NCBI RefSeq assembly: GCF_963921235.1
Contig: NC_086097.1
Location: 124,932,001-124,996,000, forward strand
From: Mobula hypostoma
Lineage: Eukaryota
Reading direction: 5' to 3'
Length of the DNA stretch: 64,000 bases
The notes beneath the pieces were generated by a model. The model saw nothing but the letters and a program-made list of their open reading frames with translations, made no database searches and had not been told where the DNA came from. Positions within the stretch are counted from its first letter, which is position 1. The number at the start of each line of letters is the position of its first letter. Positions 63,206 to 64,000 of the stretch are shown one piece after another. The position numbers and the translations under genes were made by a program.

Positions 63206-64000
63206 GGGGGACGTCACGTGATGACGTGGGATTGAGACGTGTAAATCCAGCTCTCCCGTAAAAAATCAGCAAAGTATCATTTAAACAAAGAAAAGTTAAT
63301 AAATAGTTTTTGAAAACTACTTGTAAACTAGTCAACACTATTTTACGATATGCCTCGTAAACAGCAACAGAAAAAGACTGCGAGATGGGAAGAAAAAAGG
63401 GCCTACTACAGCGATGGAACCTCGGGCTCAGGTTGGATCTCTGTCGGAGGAGACACATTTTATCTCTGGCATTGAAGAACTGGGGGCAATCGCGGCGGCA
63501 GCGGTCCCTGGGAAGAAGAAGTGGGAATTGCGCATACGTAAAGAAGTAGGCATGCGCAAATCGGTACGTCGAACTACAGGAACCAGCTGCCACTGAAAGT
63601 GAAAGTGACCTGGAGTCAGAATTGGATTCCCTGGAGAATACAGATGAAGAAGAGGAGGAAGAAGAACAAGAAGAGATTAAAAGTAAACGATATCGTGGAG
63701 ACATAAGAGAGACTTTAGTGCAAATAATGCTTGAATTAAAAGGAATAAAAATAGAGGATAAAAACATGAAGATTAAGTATGATAAAGCTATGAAAAGACA
63801 GGAGAAAACGGATAAGAAACTTCAAAAGTTGGAAAGAACAATGGAGGATATCAATGATAAGTGCAAAAAACAGAAAATGATATTCTTGCCTGGAAAACGG
63901 AAAGAGATCGGCTGTTGGAAAAAGTGGATGTGCTGGAAAATTTTAGTAGGAGAAATAATATTGAGATTGTTGGTCTTAAAGAAGGTACAGAGGGAGATAA
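63206..64000 (+). mobile_element. L1-clade LINE 5' UTR and ORF1 (frameshifted), running off the window
   Basis: G-run start, ATG at 63350 (MPRKQQQKK), acidic then coiled-coil region, and DRLLEKVDVLENFSRRNNIEIVGLKEGTEG (L1 ORF1p LENxSRRNNI motif). Confidence 0.88.

Noticed and set aside
63177..63767. 196-aa Ser-rich minus-strand ORF
   Set aside because: Antisense reading of the acidic GAA/GAG-rich L1 ORF1 region.

Overview
Eukaryotic, repeat-saturated non-coding DNA. The repeat inventory (CR1 and Rex1/Babar LINEs, V-/Deu-type SINEs, Penelope remnants) suggests a cartilaginous fish, probably a ray or skate; this is inference. No host protein-coding exon, RNA gene or CRISPR array could be supported, and nearly all listed ORFs are fragments of decayed retroelements or spurious. 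Main content: two long CR1 LINEs; many Rex1/Babar pieces; a two-LTR Gypsy with PNMA-like gag (18961-25392) nested in an older non-coding LTR element that itself splits a Rex1 LINE; a Gmr1-type (PR-IN-RT order, SCAN-like gag) provirus lacking RT (35000-40264); a third Gypsy (59219-63205) cut by an L1 5' end; three solo LTRs with TSDs; Tc1, hAT and Tigger remnants including a Sleeping-Beauty-like right IR/DR; and several RTE-type short elements. The most unusual items are a fragmented retrovirus-like remnant with protease/RT start, an env-like TM segment, PPT and LTR (51445-55655), a Penelope insertion with seven reiterated 25-26 nt units inside a perfect inverted repeat (27036-27316), and several fold-back/template-switch scars. 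I do not see an intact new biological system; the candidates are fossils and insertion-mechanism signatures. Family names rest on recognised motifs, not database searches.
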